From: an uncultured bacterium
GTDB lineage: Bacteria; Verrucomicrobiota; Kiritimatiellia; RFP12; UBA1067
Assembly: GCA_902801025.1 (NCBI GenBank)
Contig: CADCGZ010000004.1
Location: forward strand, 5,568-69,567
Direction: 5' to 3'
DNA length: 64,000 bases
Position 1 is the first letter of the stretch, and every line of letters begins with the position of its first letter. A program made the position numbers and the translations under genes. The notes beneath the pieces were generated by a model. It was not told where the DNA came from and made no database searches. It saw only the letters and a list, made by a program, of their open reading frames with translations. Below, piece by piece: positions 8,405 through 17,480 of this stretch.

Positions 8405-9219
8405 TTTCCGTTCCCGAGGTCGTGGTAGAGCGCGTCGCCGCTGCAATCGGCTCCGGCGAGCCGCTCGCAGACCTCGCGGCGAAATCGGCGCGCGCAGTCG
8501 GCGCAAACGGGATAGTCGCAGTCGTAGCGGCGACTTTCTCGAATCCCGAGAGGTTTCCCTCGCTCGCCGTGCGCGTCGCCGCGTCTCTCGGCCTTCCTCC
8601 GTCTGTTGCCGCCTTCGACCTTCAGATGGCGTGCAGCGCCTATCCCTACGCTCTCTACCTCGCGGGGCGCCTCTCGGCCGACCTTGGCGGCAAGGTCCTT
8701 GTCGTCGACGGGGACGTGCAGTCGCCTTTCGTAGACGAAAGCGACCACGCCACGGGAAAGATCTTCTCAGACGCCTGCACCGCGACCGTCGTCTCCGCGA
8801 ATCCCGATGGCACAAGCGCCTTCGACTTTCTCTCGCGCCAGGACGAGGCGCTTGTCTGCGGGGCAAGCGGCCCTATAAAGATGGACGGCTTCAAGGTCTT
8901 TTCCTTCGTCGCTACGGAAGTGTCGAAGTTCCTCAAGGATTTCCTCTTGTCGACATCCGCGCCCGACTTCTTCGCGCCGCACCAGGCGAATCCCTACATG
9001 GTGCGACAGCTCGCCGACGCGCTTGAATTGAAGGAGAGGCTTTTGACGATTCCCGAGGAGCTGAAGAACCCGGGCTCGTGCTCCGTTCCGCTTGCGCTCG
9101 CGCACAACGCCTCGCGTCTTCCGGGTTCGCGCGTTCTCGTCGCGGGCTTTGGCGCTGGATATTCCGCCTCTGCGGGAATTGTCAGGATCGCAGGCGATTA
9201 CGAAGGGAAGGTTCTATGA
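8401..9219 (+). CDS. Short KASIII (FabH)-like condensing enzyme
   Basis: 272 aa. A Cys-His-Asn triad context is recognisable: QMACSAYPYAL, APHQANPYMV, KNPGSCSVPLAL, and GFGAGYSA near the C-terminus. It is about 40 residues shorter at the N-terminus than E. coli FabH. The ATG overlaps the ptsI stop (ATGA). Confidence 0.75.
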   Translation: MISVPEVVVERVAAAIGSGEPLADLAAKSARAVGANGIVAVVAATFSNPERFPSLAVRVAASLGLPPSVAAFDLQMACSAYPYALYLAGRLSADLGGKVLVVDGDVQSPFVDESDHATGKIFSDACTATVVSANPDGTSAFDFLSRQDEALVCGASGPIKMDGFKVFSFVATEVSKFLKDFLLSTSAPDFFAPHQANPYMVRQLADALELKERLLTIPEELKNPGSCSVPLALAHNASRLPGSRVLVAGFGAGYSASAGIVRIAGDYEGKVL

Positions 9220-9899
9220 AGCGAGTGCTTGTCACTGGGAGTTCCCGCGGCATCGGGAAGGTCGTCGCCGACATCCTTCGTGCCGAGGGCTATGCGGTCG
9301 TGACGCATTCCGTCAAATCTGGAGGGACAGACCTTGTCTTCGACGTTGCCGACCGAGCTGCCGCGAAGGCGGCGATAGAGGCGGACATAGCGGCAAACGG
9401 ACCCTACTACGCCGTTGTGCTCAACGCCGGCGTGTGTCGCGACTGCGGCTTTGCCGAGATGGATGGCGAAACATGGGACGAGGTTCTGCGTGCAGACCTT
9501 GACGGCTTCTACAATGTCGTGAAGCCGTGCCTCTTGCCGATGGTCCTTGACAGGATCCGCGGCAGGATCGTCGCCATCTCGTCTGCGTCCGGCGTCGCAG
9601 GAAACCGCGGCCAGGTAAACTATGCGGCGGCCAAGGCGGGGCTTGTTGGCGCCGTCAAGTCGCTTGCCGTGGAGGTCGCCGCGCGCGGCATAACCGTGAA
9701 CGCGATCGCCCCGGGGTTCATCGACGCCGGGATGTCGGCCGCGATGGACGGCGAAGCCGCCGAAATCGCAAGAAAGTCGATTCCAATGCAGCGCTTCGGG
9801 AAACCCGAGGAGGTGGCGTCGCTCGTTTCCTACCTTCTTTCTGACGGCGCGGCGTATTTGACGCGCCAGGTCGTTTCAATAAACGGAGGAATGTACTAA
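9216..9899 (+). CDS. Short-chain dehydrogenase/reductase, FabG-like
   Basis: 227 aa from ATG 9216. Motifs are TGSSRGIGK (cofactor loop), NAGV, S..G..G..NYAAAKAG (catalytic Y-x3-K) and INGG at the end. The start overlaps the upstream stop. Confidence 0.85.
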   Translation: MKRVLVTGSSRGIGKVVADILRAEGYAVVTHSVKSGGTDLVFDVADRAAAKAAIEADIAANGPYYAVVLNAGVCRDCGFAEMDGETWDEVLRADLDGFYNVVKPCLLPMVLDRIRGRIVAISSASGVAGNRGQVNYAAAKAGLVGAVKSLAVEVAARGITVNAIAPGFIDAGMSAAMDGEAAEIARKSIPMQRFGKPEEVASLVSYLLSDGAAYLTRQVVSINGGMY

Positions 9900-12646
9900 T
9901 GGCTATCAAGACTGTCCTTTTCGCAGGCGCTGCCGTCGCCTTGTCGTCGGCTGTTTTTGCTGATGCGGTGGTTCCCGGCGAATTCACCGATCCGACGAAC
10001 GTCAGGAAGCTGACGGACGACCAGCAGGGCTGGTGGTACGTCGCGCCAGACCACCTCAAGTATCCGTACATCTCCACCTACTACATAACGCCGACAGTCA
10101 AGACGGGCGAGAAGGTGACCATTCCGTTCTTCGTCACCGACTACGACAACTCGAAGATCCGCTTTGGAGACGAGTCGTTCCGGTTCACGGTCAAGTTCAA
10201 GTGCCTCGGCGCCGACGGAAAGGTGCGCGAGGAGACGCTGGAGAACGTGCCGTCCGGCGACGGCGCGTTCGAGTTCGACCCATTCCCCGAGGGCGAGTAC
10301 GAGTTCTGCGTGTGGGCTGTGGACGCCAAGGGCCTTGAATCGCACCGCGTCTGGCACAAGTTCCGCGTGATGACGCCAGAGGCGCTGGAGATCCCACCGC
10401 GCGAGACCTATGCCATGGTTGCCGACGACCTCGAGACATACGGCATCCGTAACGACGGCGACCTTGGTCGGCGTGTCCTCGTGGACGCTCCCTCGCTCGA
10501 GGACTACGAGTCGCAGGCGACGCCGCGCGACGGGAGGCCTGGTTACACGGTGTTCATCCCCGCGCCAGGCGGGAAGATACCGGCCGGCGCGTGTCGCCGT
10601 TCAAAGATCGTCTACGACGAGGGCTACGACACGAACGCCGTCGAGCAGGCGGCGATCGCGACGGCCGAAGGCCTCCAGAAGCTTCTTGACGACAAGGCGG
10701 CGGCGGGATTCCGCAAAGTCGTGCTCCTTCCCGGAACCTATCGCATCAGCGCGTTCCGCAAGGTCAAGATCCCCGACCGCATGACGCTCGACCTCAACGG
10801 CGCGACGCTAAAGGAGAACGCCTTTACGGGAGCCGGGGCGCTCATGGTCTCTCTCTCAAACGTCTACGACGCCCATCTCGTGAACGGCACGCTTGAGGGC
10901 GACTACTACGAGCACGACTACGAGAATTCGCCGTCGAATTCCGAGTGGCCGACGGGTTTCGGCATCAGCGGCAAGGCGCTCTACTGCTCCGTCGAGAACG
11001 TGACGGTCAAGGACATCACGGGCTATGGCGGCGGGAACGGCATGGGCAAGTTCAACGACAAGCAGGTGACCTTCCTGAAAGGCGCGGGACGCTACCTGCC
11101 TGGCGGACTGAACATAAAGGACGGGACTGTCGATGCGGCGGAGGAAGGGCGATTCACGACGGATTTCATCAAGCTCCCGCCCGAGGCCGACCGGCTGCAG
11201 GTCTCGGCCTACCTCGGCTACCAGGGCATCCGCTCGCGCCAGTGGCAGCTCGCGGCGTGCTGGTACGACAAGGACAAGAACTTCCTCTGCGGCGAGACGC
11301 TATGGCAGTATCGCGTGGTGCCGCGGCCGAAAGACGCGATGTTCCTCCGCTTCTCGCAGGTCAACGTGTCGGCGAAGGCCGCCGGGAAGGACGATCTCTC
11401 GCTGACATGCTTCTTCATCCCCCAGAACTGCGCCGTCAAAAACTGCACGTTCGCCCGCTGTCGCTGCGTCGGCTATGCCGCGAGCGCGATGAAGAACATG
11501 CTCTTCGAGAACAACTTCTTCACGCACAGCGGCGAAGCCGCCGCGAAATGCGCGTTCGACGCGGAGGACGGCTGGGACATGATGCAGGACGTGACATTCC
11601 GCGGCAACCGGTGCAAGGACAACCCGTTCAACAGCCGCCTTCTTACTTGCGCGGGGCACAACTTCGTCTTCGAGCGCAACAAGTGCGGCATATACCTCTG
11701 GCCGCGCACGAACTCGCCCTGCGTGCGCGACAACGAGATGGACACGGCGACTATGATGTGCGAAACGCGCAACCGCTCCGGATACGGCCGCTTCGAGCGC
11801 AACGTCTACACCGGCTCGGTTTCGCTGCGCGGCGGAAAGAGCTGGAGCGGATGGGATTTCGCGCTTGCAGGTCTCGATCTCGACGGGCACGGAAAGACAT
11901 CGTTCGCGTTCGGCCCGTCCTCGCGCATCAGGGAATGCAGCTTCTCCAATGCCGAAGTCGTTTCGCCCGCCATCGTCACGGCCTCGAAGTTCTCGAACTG
12001 CACCGTGTCTAAGCCGGGGTTCGGGCGGTGGTATGGCGTCGAGATGGCCGGGGGCGCTATGGAGGCGCCTTCCGCCTCGAACCTCTTCCACAAGTGCTCT
12101 TTCCGCGACGTCGCCCTCCGCAAGATCGGCGACAAGGGCCTCCAGCTTTTCACGGAATGCACGTTCGAAAACTGCCGCGTCGACGGTCTCAGCGGCTCGA
12201 CGGTCGTCTTCAGCAACTGCGTGTTCAAGGGCGGGGCGACGCGCGGCCTGGAAGGGGATTCTCCGGCCTCGGTCGAATTTCTGCAATGCCGCTTCGAGAT
12301 GTCTGGCATGCCCGCAGTGGGCTTTTCGGCATGCGGAATCCGCGACGTGACGTTTGCCGGCTGCGAGATTGCCGGCGACGTCGGCGAGGCTGCGGCGTTC
12401 GTCGACATCTTTGACCTGAAGCCGAAGGCGGAAGACGTCAAGGGTACGATGACCTTCGCCGAATGCAGGTTCGGCGCCGGCGTGAAATCGGCGGTCTGCG
12501 TAGCAAAGGCCGTGCAGGGCGACACTAAGAGAAAGCAGCTCGAGTTCGTCTTCAAGGCCAACAAATTCACCGAAAAGGGCGTGACGCCTGTCCGCGACAG
12601 ACTGCCGCATTGGGTCGTCACGCGCATAAGGAAGAACGGGAGATGA
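9899..12646 (+). CDS. Exported large protein with probable right-handed beta-helix region, function unknown
   Basis: 915-aa ORF. Signal peptide MAIKTVLFAGAAVALSSAVFADA. The middle and C-terminal parts have repetitive N/G/C/F-rich turns (NCTFARCRCVGY.., FSNCTVS.., FENCRVDG.., FSNCVFKG..) typical of parallel beta-helix proteins. The ATG overlaps the SDR stop (TAATG). Confidence 0.7.
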   Translation: MAIKTVLFAGAAVALSSAVFADAVVPGEFTDPTNVRKLTDDQQGWWYVAPDHLKYPYISTYYITPTVKTGEKVTIPFFVTDYDNSKIRFGDESFRFTVKFKCLGADGKVREETLENVPSGDGAFEFDPFPEGEYEFCVWAVDAKGLESHRVWHKFRVMTPEALEIPPRETYAMVADDLETYGIRNDGDLGRRVLVDAPSLEDYESQATPRDGRPGYTVFIPAPGGKIPAGACRRSKIVYDEGYDTNAVEQAAIATAEGLQKLLDDKAAAGFRKVVLLPGTYRISAFRKVKIPDRMTLDLNGATLKENAFTGAGALMVSLSNVYDAHLVNGTLEGDYYEHDYENSPSNSEWPTGFGISGKALYCSVENVTVKDITGYGGGNGMGKFNDKQVTFLKGAGRYLPGGLNIKDGTVDAAEEGRFTTDFIKLPPEADRLQVSAYLGYQGIRSRQWQLAACWYDKDKNFLCGETLWQYRVVPRPKDAMFLRFSQVNVSAKAAGKDDLSLTCFFIPQNCAVKNCTFARCRCVGYAASAMKNMLFENNFFTHSGEAAAKCAFDAEDGWDMMQDVTFRGNRCKDNPFNSRLLTCAGHNFVFERNKCGIYLWPRTNSPCVRDNEMDTATMMCETRNRSGYGRFERNVYTGSVSLRGGKSWSGWDFALAGLDLDGHGKTSFAFGPSSRIRECSFSNAEVVSPAIVTASKFSNCTVSKPGFGRWYGVEMAGGAMEAPSASNLFHKCSFRDVALRKIGDKGLQLFTECTFENCRVDGLSGSTVVFSNCVFKGGATRGLEGDSPASVEFLQCRFEMSGMPAVGFSACGIRDVTFAGCEIAGDVGEAAAFVDIFDLKPKAEDVKGTMTFAECRFGAGVKSAVCVAKAVQGDTKRKQLEFVFKANKFTEKGVTPVRDRLPHWVVTRIRKNGR

Positions 12647-13776
12647 ACGACATGGATAGGCGGCTTGCATCTCTGGATGTCCTTCGCGGACTGGACATGT
12701 TCCTTCTTGCCGTGGTGGGCCCGCTCTTCTATGCGCTTGACAAGGCGTTCGACCTGCCGGACGCGCTCATGCGCCAGTTCAGCCACGGCTGGGGCGGTTT
12801 TACCCTCTGGGACATCATAATGCCGCTCTTCATATTCATGAGCGGCGCCGCCGTTCCCTTCGCGATGGGAAAGCGTCTTGACGACGGCAGGGCCGGCTGG
12901 CGTTACTGGCGGCACGTCCTCTCGCGCTTTGCGCTTCTTTGGGTCCTCGGCATGATGGCCCAGGGGCGTCTCCTCTCGCTCGACGTCATGCAGATGAGCC
13001 CGTTCAACAACACGCTGCAGACGATCGCCTGCGCGTATGTCGCCTGTGCCGTCGCGTTCCTCGTGCCGTCTCGCACGGTTCGCAGGGCGATCCCCATTGT
13101 CCTTGCCGTCGGTTATGCGCTTCTCCTGCATTTCTGCGGCGACTATTCGAAGGACATGAACGTCGCGATCAGGCTTGAGAAGTGGATAGTGCCGTATCTT
13201 ACGCCGGCCGGCTCACAGGCGCTGAAGCTGGCCGACGGCGGCTATACGTGGTGGGCGACGATCCCGATGTTCGCCGCAATGGGGCTTTGCGGAATGGAGG
13301 CGACGATGATCCTGCGGTCTTCCGCGGCGCCTGTGCGCCGGGCGCTTGCGCTTGGTGCGCTTGGGCTTGCCCTCCTCGCGGTCGGCTGGGCGCTTGTGCC
13401 GGTCGTGCCGCCGATCAAGCACATCTTCACTGTCTCCTTCACTGCTCAGGCGATGGGCTGGTGCTGTCTCTCCCTTGCCTTGCTTTACTGGCTCGTAGAC
13501 ATTCTCGGGGCAGGGTCCGCCATGCTCGGGAAGTGCCTTTGGATATTCACCCTCTTCGGGCAGACGTCGCTTCTCGCATACATGTGCCACGGCGTCTTCG
13601 GCAAGCCGTTCCGAGCGTTCGGAGACATCTTCGCGCCCGGTGCCGCACATCTGCTTGGCGCGTGGGCCGGGCCGGTCGTCGAATGGCTGGCGGCATCGCT
13701 TCTCCTCGTCGCTGTGCTTTATGTTCGTCGCGAGATGCGCCAGCTGTCGACACGGCCAAAGGAGTCTGCATCTTGA
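12643..13776 (+). CDS. Multi-pass membrane acyltransferase-like protein (DUF5009 / HGSNAT-like)
   Basis: The N-terminus RLASLDVLRGLDMFLL and about 10 hydrophobic segments resemble the heparan-alpha-glucosaminide N-acetyltransferase-like family. ATG 12643 overlaps the upstream stop. Confidence 0.7.
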   Translation: MNDMDRRLASLDVLRGLDMFLLAVVGPLFYALDKAFDLPDALMRQFSHGWGGFTLWDIIMPLFIFMSGAAVPFAMGKRLDDGRAGWRYWRHVLSRFALLWVLGMMAQGRLLSLDVMQMSPFNNTLQTIACAYVACAVAFLVPSRTVRRAIPIVLAVGYALLLHFCGDYSKDMNVAIRLEKWIVPYLTPAGSQALKLADGGYTWWATIPMFAAMGLCGMEATMILRSSAAPVRRALALGALGLALLAVGWALVPVVPPIKHIFTVSFTAQAMGWCCLSLALLYWLVDILGAGSAMLGKCLWIFTLFGQTSLLAYMCHGVFGKPFRAFGDIFAPGAAHLLGAWAGPVVEWLAASLLLVAVLYVRREMRQLSTRPKESAS

Positions 13777-15794
13777 AGGTCTTGACAGCGGGAACGCTCC
13801 TCGGGCTTGCGCTTGCCGCCGGCTTTCCGTTTGCGTCTGTTGCTCGAGAGGATCGCCCCTTGTTCTACAACATCGTGCCGGTGTTCCCCGGTCGCGAGGA
13901 CTTCGCAGTGTCCGAAATCCTCCGACAGCACCGCGAGGTCGGGCTAGACCGCTTTCTCCTGAGCCTGAGCTTTCATCCGCAGACGACGCCTGCGCGCGAC
14001 CTCGTCCCCGTCCTGTGCGAACGTTTCCGCAAGGTTCGCGATGGGGTCGCGGGATCGGGCGTCGAACTCGGCGTTCTTGTCCAGAGCACGCTCGGCCACG
14101 GCTGGAACGGGAAAGTCCCGCTGACGCAGGAAAAATGGCAGCATGTCGTCCTTTTCGACGGAAAGGAGAGCCCGCGTTTCTGTGTCCTCGACCCGGGCTT
14201 CCGCGGCTACGTGCGCGAATGCATCTCTTCAATCGCTGCGGAGCGTCCGTCGCTTCTTCTCATTGACGACGACGTCGGCATTCGCGTCGGCGAGTGCTTC
14301 TGCCCCCTACACCTTGCCGAGATGAGCCGAGACCTCGGACGTTCCGCGGCGGAGATAGAGCGGGCTCTTCGCGAAGAGGCGCCGACTGGCGCCGTCTCCG
14401 TCGCCGTGTCCAGGACTCTTCGCCGGACGATCGTGGACTTTGCAAAGACGATCCGCGAGGCAGTCGACGCGGTCGATCCGTCGATGCGATGCGGCATCTG
14501 CGCCTGTTGGGGCGGCTACTGGGAGAACGCCGACATCGCGCATGCGCTCGCCGGTACGCGGACAAAGCCGTTCATGCGCGTGAACAATGCGGCCTACGGG
14601 GACCAGCGTCCGGCGCATCTCGTCCATGACTTCGCCATTGCGTCGCGCGTCCTCTACCAGTGCGACGGCGTGGCTGAGGCCTGGGACGAAACTGACACCT
14701 TTCCGCAGAACTACATGAGCGAGTCTGCTGCGATGTTCCATTCGCACATCGCGTTGGCCATGCTGTCCGGGCTGTCGGGATGCAAGCTCTGGACGAGCGA
14801 GTTCCAGCAGCCGGTCCACACCGGCTCGCAAAGCCGCTACGAGGCGCGGTTACGCGACTTCAGGGGCTTCTACGAAACACTTCACGCCCTTGCGCCCAGC
14901 ATTCGGTGGCAGGGGATCTCCGGATATGTCGCCCGCCCGCCCGAAGGATACGGCGGACATCCCCTCCATACGCTGCGCGGACTCCATCCCGGACCCTGGA
15001 ACACGCCAATCGAGGCGGTCTACGGCATCCCGCTGCGCTACGAGGGCGTCGAGACGGACGGAATCTTCGCCCTTCGCGGGGAGGATGTCGACGTCATGAC
15101 CGATGCGCAGGTCGAGACAGTCCTTTCAAAGAAGGCCATTGTCGATTCTTTCGCCGCGCGCAAGCTTACGAAGCGCGGCTTTGCGTCGCTTCTCGGCGTC
15201 GAGGCCACGCCCGGCGGCGATGGCTTCGCCTTCTCCGGCGAAGTCTCGTCCGACGGCGCCGTCGCCAACCGCTGTCACTGGGACGATTCCATGTCTCACT
15301 TGAGGCCCGTCTCCGGCGACGTGGAGGTTCTCGCGAACTTCTGCAGAGGCGATTGCTTCGCCTCGCCCGAGGTCGTAGCACCCTCGCATACGCTCTTCGC
15401 GAACCGCCTCGGCGGCCGCGTCGCCGTCCTCGGCTGGCATCTCGACCTCGTGGGCCACAAGATGTTTCGCCCCCAGCGTAGGCGGCTCTTTCTCTCACTT
15501 CTCGACAAGCTGAACGGTTCGCCGCTTGAAATGGCCGTCGAGTCCGGCGAGCAGGAATTCGTCCGCCACGGCGTCCTGCCGGACGGGCGGGAGATACTTG
15601 CGGTGACGCGGCTTTCCCTCGACACAGACGACGTCTTGCCGCTGCGCCTCGCGCGTACGCCGAAGGCAGTCGAGCGGCTTGCGCCGACAGGCGGATGGGA
15701 GGGCGTCTCCTTCCGGCGGAAGGGGGCGCTCGTCGTTGAGATCGATGTTCGCGTCGTCTGCTGCGAGCCAGTCGTCCTGCGCCTTTCCTTCTGA
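13773..15794 (+). CDS. Exported hypothetical protein
   Basis: A long ORF in good coding frame. TTG 13773 lies 9 nt after AAGGAG (13758-13763), overlaps the upstream stop, and gives the signal peptide (M)KVLTAGTLLGLALAAGFPFASVA. The 13182 start in the track overlaps the acyltransferase. No family recognised. Confidence 0.6.
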   Translation: MKVLTAGTLLGLALAAGFPFASVAREDRPLFYNIVPVFPGREDFAVSEILRQHREVGLDRFLLSLSFHPQTTPARDLVPVLCERFRKVRDGVAGSGVELGVLVQSTLGHGWNGKVPLTQEKWQHVVLFDGKESPRFCVLDPGFRGYVRECISSIAAERPSLLLIDDDVGIRVGECFCPLHLAEMSRDLGRSAAEIERALREEAPTGAVSVAVSRTLRRTIVDFAKTIREAVDAVDPSMRCGICACWGGYWENADIAHALAGTRTKPFMRVNNAAYGDQRPAHLVHDFAIASRVLYQCDGVAEAWDETDTFPQNYMSESAAMFHSHIALAMLSGLSGCKLWTSEFQQPVHTGSQSRYEARLRDFRGFYETLHALAPSIRWQGISGYVARPPEGYGGHPLHTLRGLHPGPWNTPIEAVYGIPLRYEGVETDGIFALRGEDVDVMTDAQVETVLSKKAIVDSFAARKLTKRGFASLLGVEATPGGDGFAFSGEVSSDGAVANRCHWDDSMSHLRPVSGDVEVLANFCRGDCFASPEVVAPSHTLFANRLGGRVAVLGWHLDLVGHKMFRPQRRRLFLSLLDKLNGSPLEMAVESGEQEFVRHGVLPDGREILAVTRLSLDTDDVLPLRLARTPKAVERLAPTGGWEGVSFRRKGALVVEIDVRVVCCEPVVLRLSF

Positions 15795-15804
15795 CGCCGC
15801 GACC

Positions 15805-15833
15805 TTGACCAAGCAGACTGGCTTTGATATACT
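15805..15833 (+). promoter_or_regulatory. Near-consensus sigma70 promoter, leaderless transcript predicted
   Basis: TTGACC (15805-15810), 17-nt spacer, TATACT (15828-15833) preceded by TGa. The ATG at 15841 is 7 nt after the -10 box. Confidence 0.55.
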
Positions 15834-15840
15834 GAATTCA

Positions 15841-17430
15841 ATGAATGTTTTCGCCGTCAGCTGTGTCGTGATGGCGTTTACGGCTCCGCTAGCATGCGCC
15901 TCCGCCGTTTACGTCAATTCAGACGCCTGGAACTTCTTTTCCGACAACGAGCTAAAGGACCGCGGCGCAATCGCCGCGGCAATAGACGCCGACGTGGACT
16001 TCTACGCCGATGCCGGTGCGACGGCGGTGTTCTACAACCTGAACGCCCAGCGCGCGCTTTTCGGCTCAAAGACGGCGACTCCGCTGTGGAAGGACGTATC
16101 GGTCGGGGAGGACGGCCGTCCGCTTCTTCGCGGCAAGCCGTTCGTCACTGACCAGGACGGCAGGCGCATCCTTGCGATTGCGAACCGCGCCCACAGGGTG
16201 AGCGAGCTCATGCCGGACTTCATTGCCCGTCGCTACGCGCGCTGCCGCGCACGAGGCGTGGAGATGTGGCATTCGATGCGCATGAATGACATCCACTACA
16301 CGTATCTCGGCAGCGAGTGGATCCCTCTTCATTCCGACATGTGGCTTGACCGAAAGGACCTTCTTCGGGCGTGGTATCGCCATTCGTGGCGCGGTGAATG
16401 GCGCGACAACGGGTTCGACTACGCGAAGAGCGAGGTGCTTGACACGCACCTCGCGCTTATGCGCGAATATCTCCTTGAATATGAGTCGGACGGCATAGAG
16501 CTCGACTGGATGCGGTGCGTTCCGCTGTTCGCGCCCGGACACGACGAATCGAACGCGCATGTTCTCACGCGCTTCATGCGCGAGACGCGGAAGACGGCGT
16601 CCGAGGCCGCGGCGAAGTGGGGGCATCCGGTAAAGGTCGCCGTGCGCGTGCCCGCGCGCGTGCGCGAGGCGTATGGCGTGGGGATGGACGTCGCGACGTG
16701 GGCGCGTGAAGGGCTTGTGGACGTCGTCGTTCCGTCGCCGCGCGACACGGCGACAGAAATGGACTGCGACGTCGCGCTCTACAGGGCGATATGCCCTAGG
16801 CCTATAGTCCTCGCGCCGGACGTCGACTACTGCTGCCGGTCGAGCGACGACAAGAGATACGTCCTCGCCTTTTCCGCGGACATAGACAGGGGATTCGTGT
16901 CCGGATGGTATCACGACGGGGCCGATGCGGCCTATCTCTACAATCACTTCCCGCGACACGCGAAGGAGAGGCACGACGGCTATCCCGCCTACATCGCGTC
17001 GCTTGGCGACCGCGAGGCCCTGGCCCGCATGCCGCGCCGCCATGTGTTCACGAGCCATGCGCCGATAGGAGAGGGAGTGTTCCCGTCGTCGCCGTACTGG
17101 AACGCTGTGTGGCGCAACTGCTGCAACGGCTGCGTCAAGGTCAATTGCGGCGAGGGCGTCTCCGGGCGGCGTGCCGTGGTAGTCATTGGCGCTAAGACGT
17201 CGCTTGACGTCGACGTGATTGTGAATTCCGTGAAGTGCGCTCCCGTCAGCCTCGATACCGTCTGCCACAAGGACTTGCCGGAAGCCAAGGAAGGCGATGC
17301 TCTCTGCTACGTCGCGGCAGTCGTTCCGCCCGGCGTCCTGCACGACGGCTGGAACGGCGTGGAAATCTTCAATCGCGGGCCTGTCGACCTCAAATCCCGC
17401 GATTTTGTCTGGCTTGAGGTCAAACTCTGA
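15841..17430 (+). CDS. Exported hypothetical protein, possibly TIM-barrel glycoside-hydrolase-like
   Basis: 529 aa from ATG 15841. Signal-like MNVFAVSCVVMAFTAPLACASA. The GIELDWMR segment resembles GH-like (GHL10-type) TIM-barrel proteins. The assignment is weak. Confidence 0.6.
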   Translation: MNVFAVSCVVMAFTAPLACASAVYVNSDAWNFFSDNELKDRGAIAAAIDADVDFYADAGATAVFYNLNAQRALFGSKTATPLWKDVSVGEDGRPLLRGKPFVTDQDGRRILAIANRAHRVSELMPDFIARRYARCRARGVEMWHSMRMNDIHYTYLGSEWIPLHSDMWLDRKDLLRAWYRHSWRGEWRDNGFDYAKSEVLDTHLALMREYLLEYESDGIELDWMRCVPLFAPGHDESNAHVLTRFMRETRKTASEAAAKWGHPVKVAVRVPARVREAYGVGMDVATWAREGLVDVVVPSPRDTATEMDCDVALYRAICPRPIVLAPDVDYCCRSSDDKRYVLAFSADIDRGFVSGWYHDGADAAYLYNHFPRHAKERHDGYPAYIASLGDREALARMPRRHVFTSHAPIGEGVFPSSPYWNAVWRNCCNGCVKVNCGEGVSGRRAVVVIGAKTSLDVDVIVNSVKCAPVSLDTVCHKDLPEAKEGDALCYVAAVVPPGVLHDGWNGVEIFNRGPVDLKSRDFVWLEVKL

Positions 17431-17480
17431 GCGGTGCTGTGTCTGCGCCGCGAAATGCGTCAATGGAGGAAAAAGTGAAC

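Noticed and set aside
13182-13772. 5' extension of the 13182..15794 ORF (870 aa in the track)
   Set aside because: The extension overlaps the acyltransferase-like gene in another frame and translates to Arg/Ala-rich nonsense. A TTG at 13773 preceded by AAGGAG yields a clean signal peptide.
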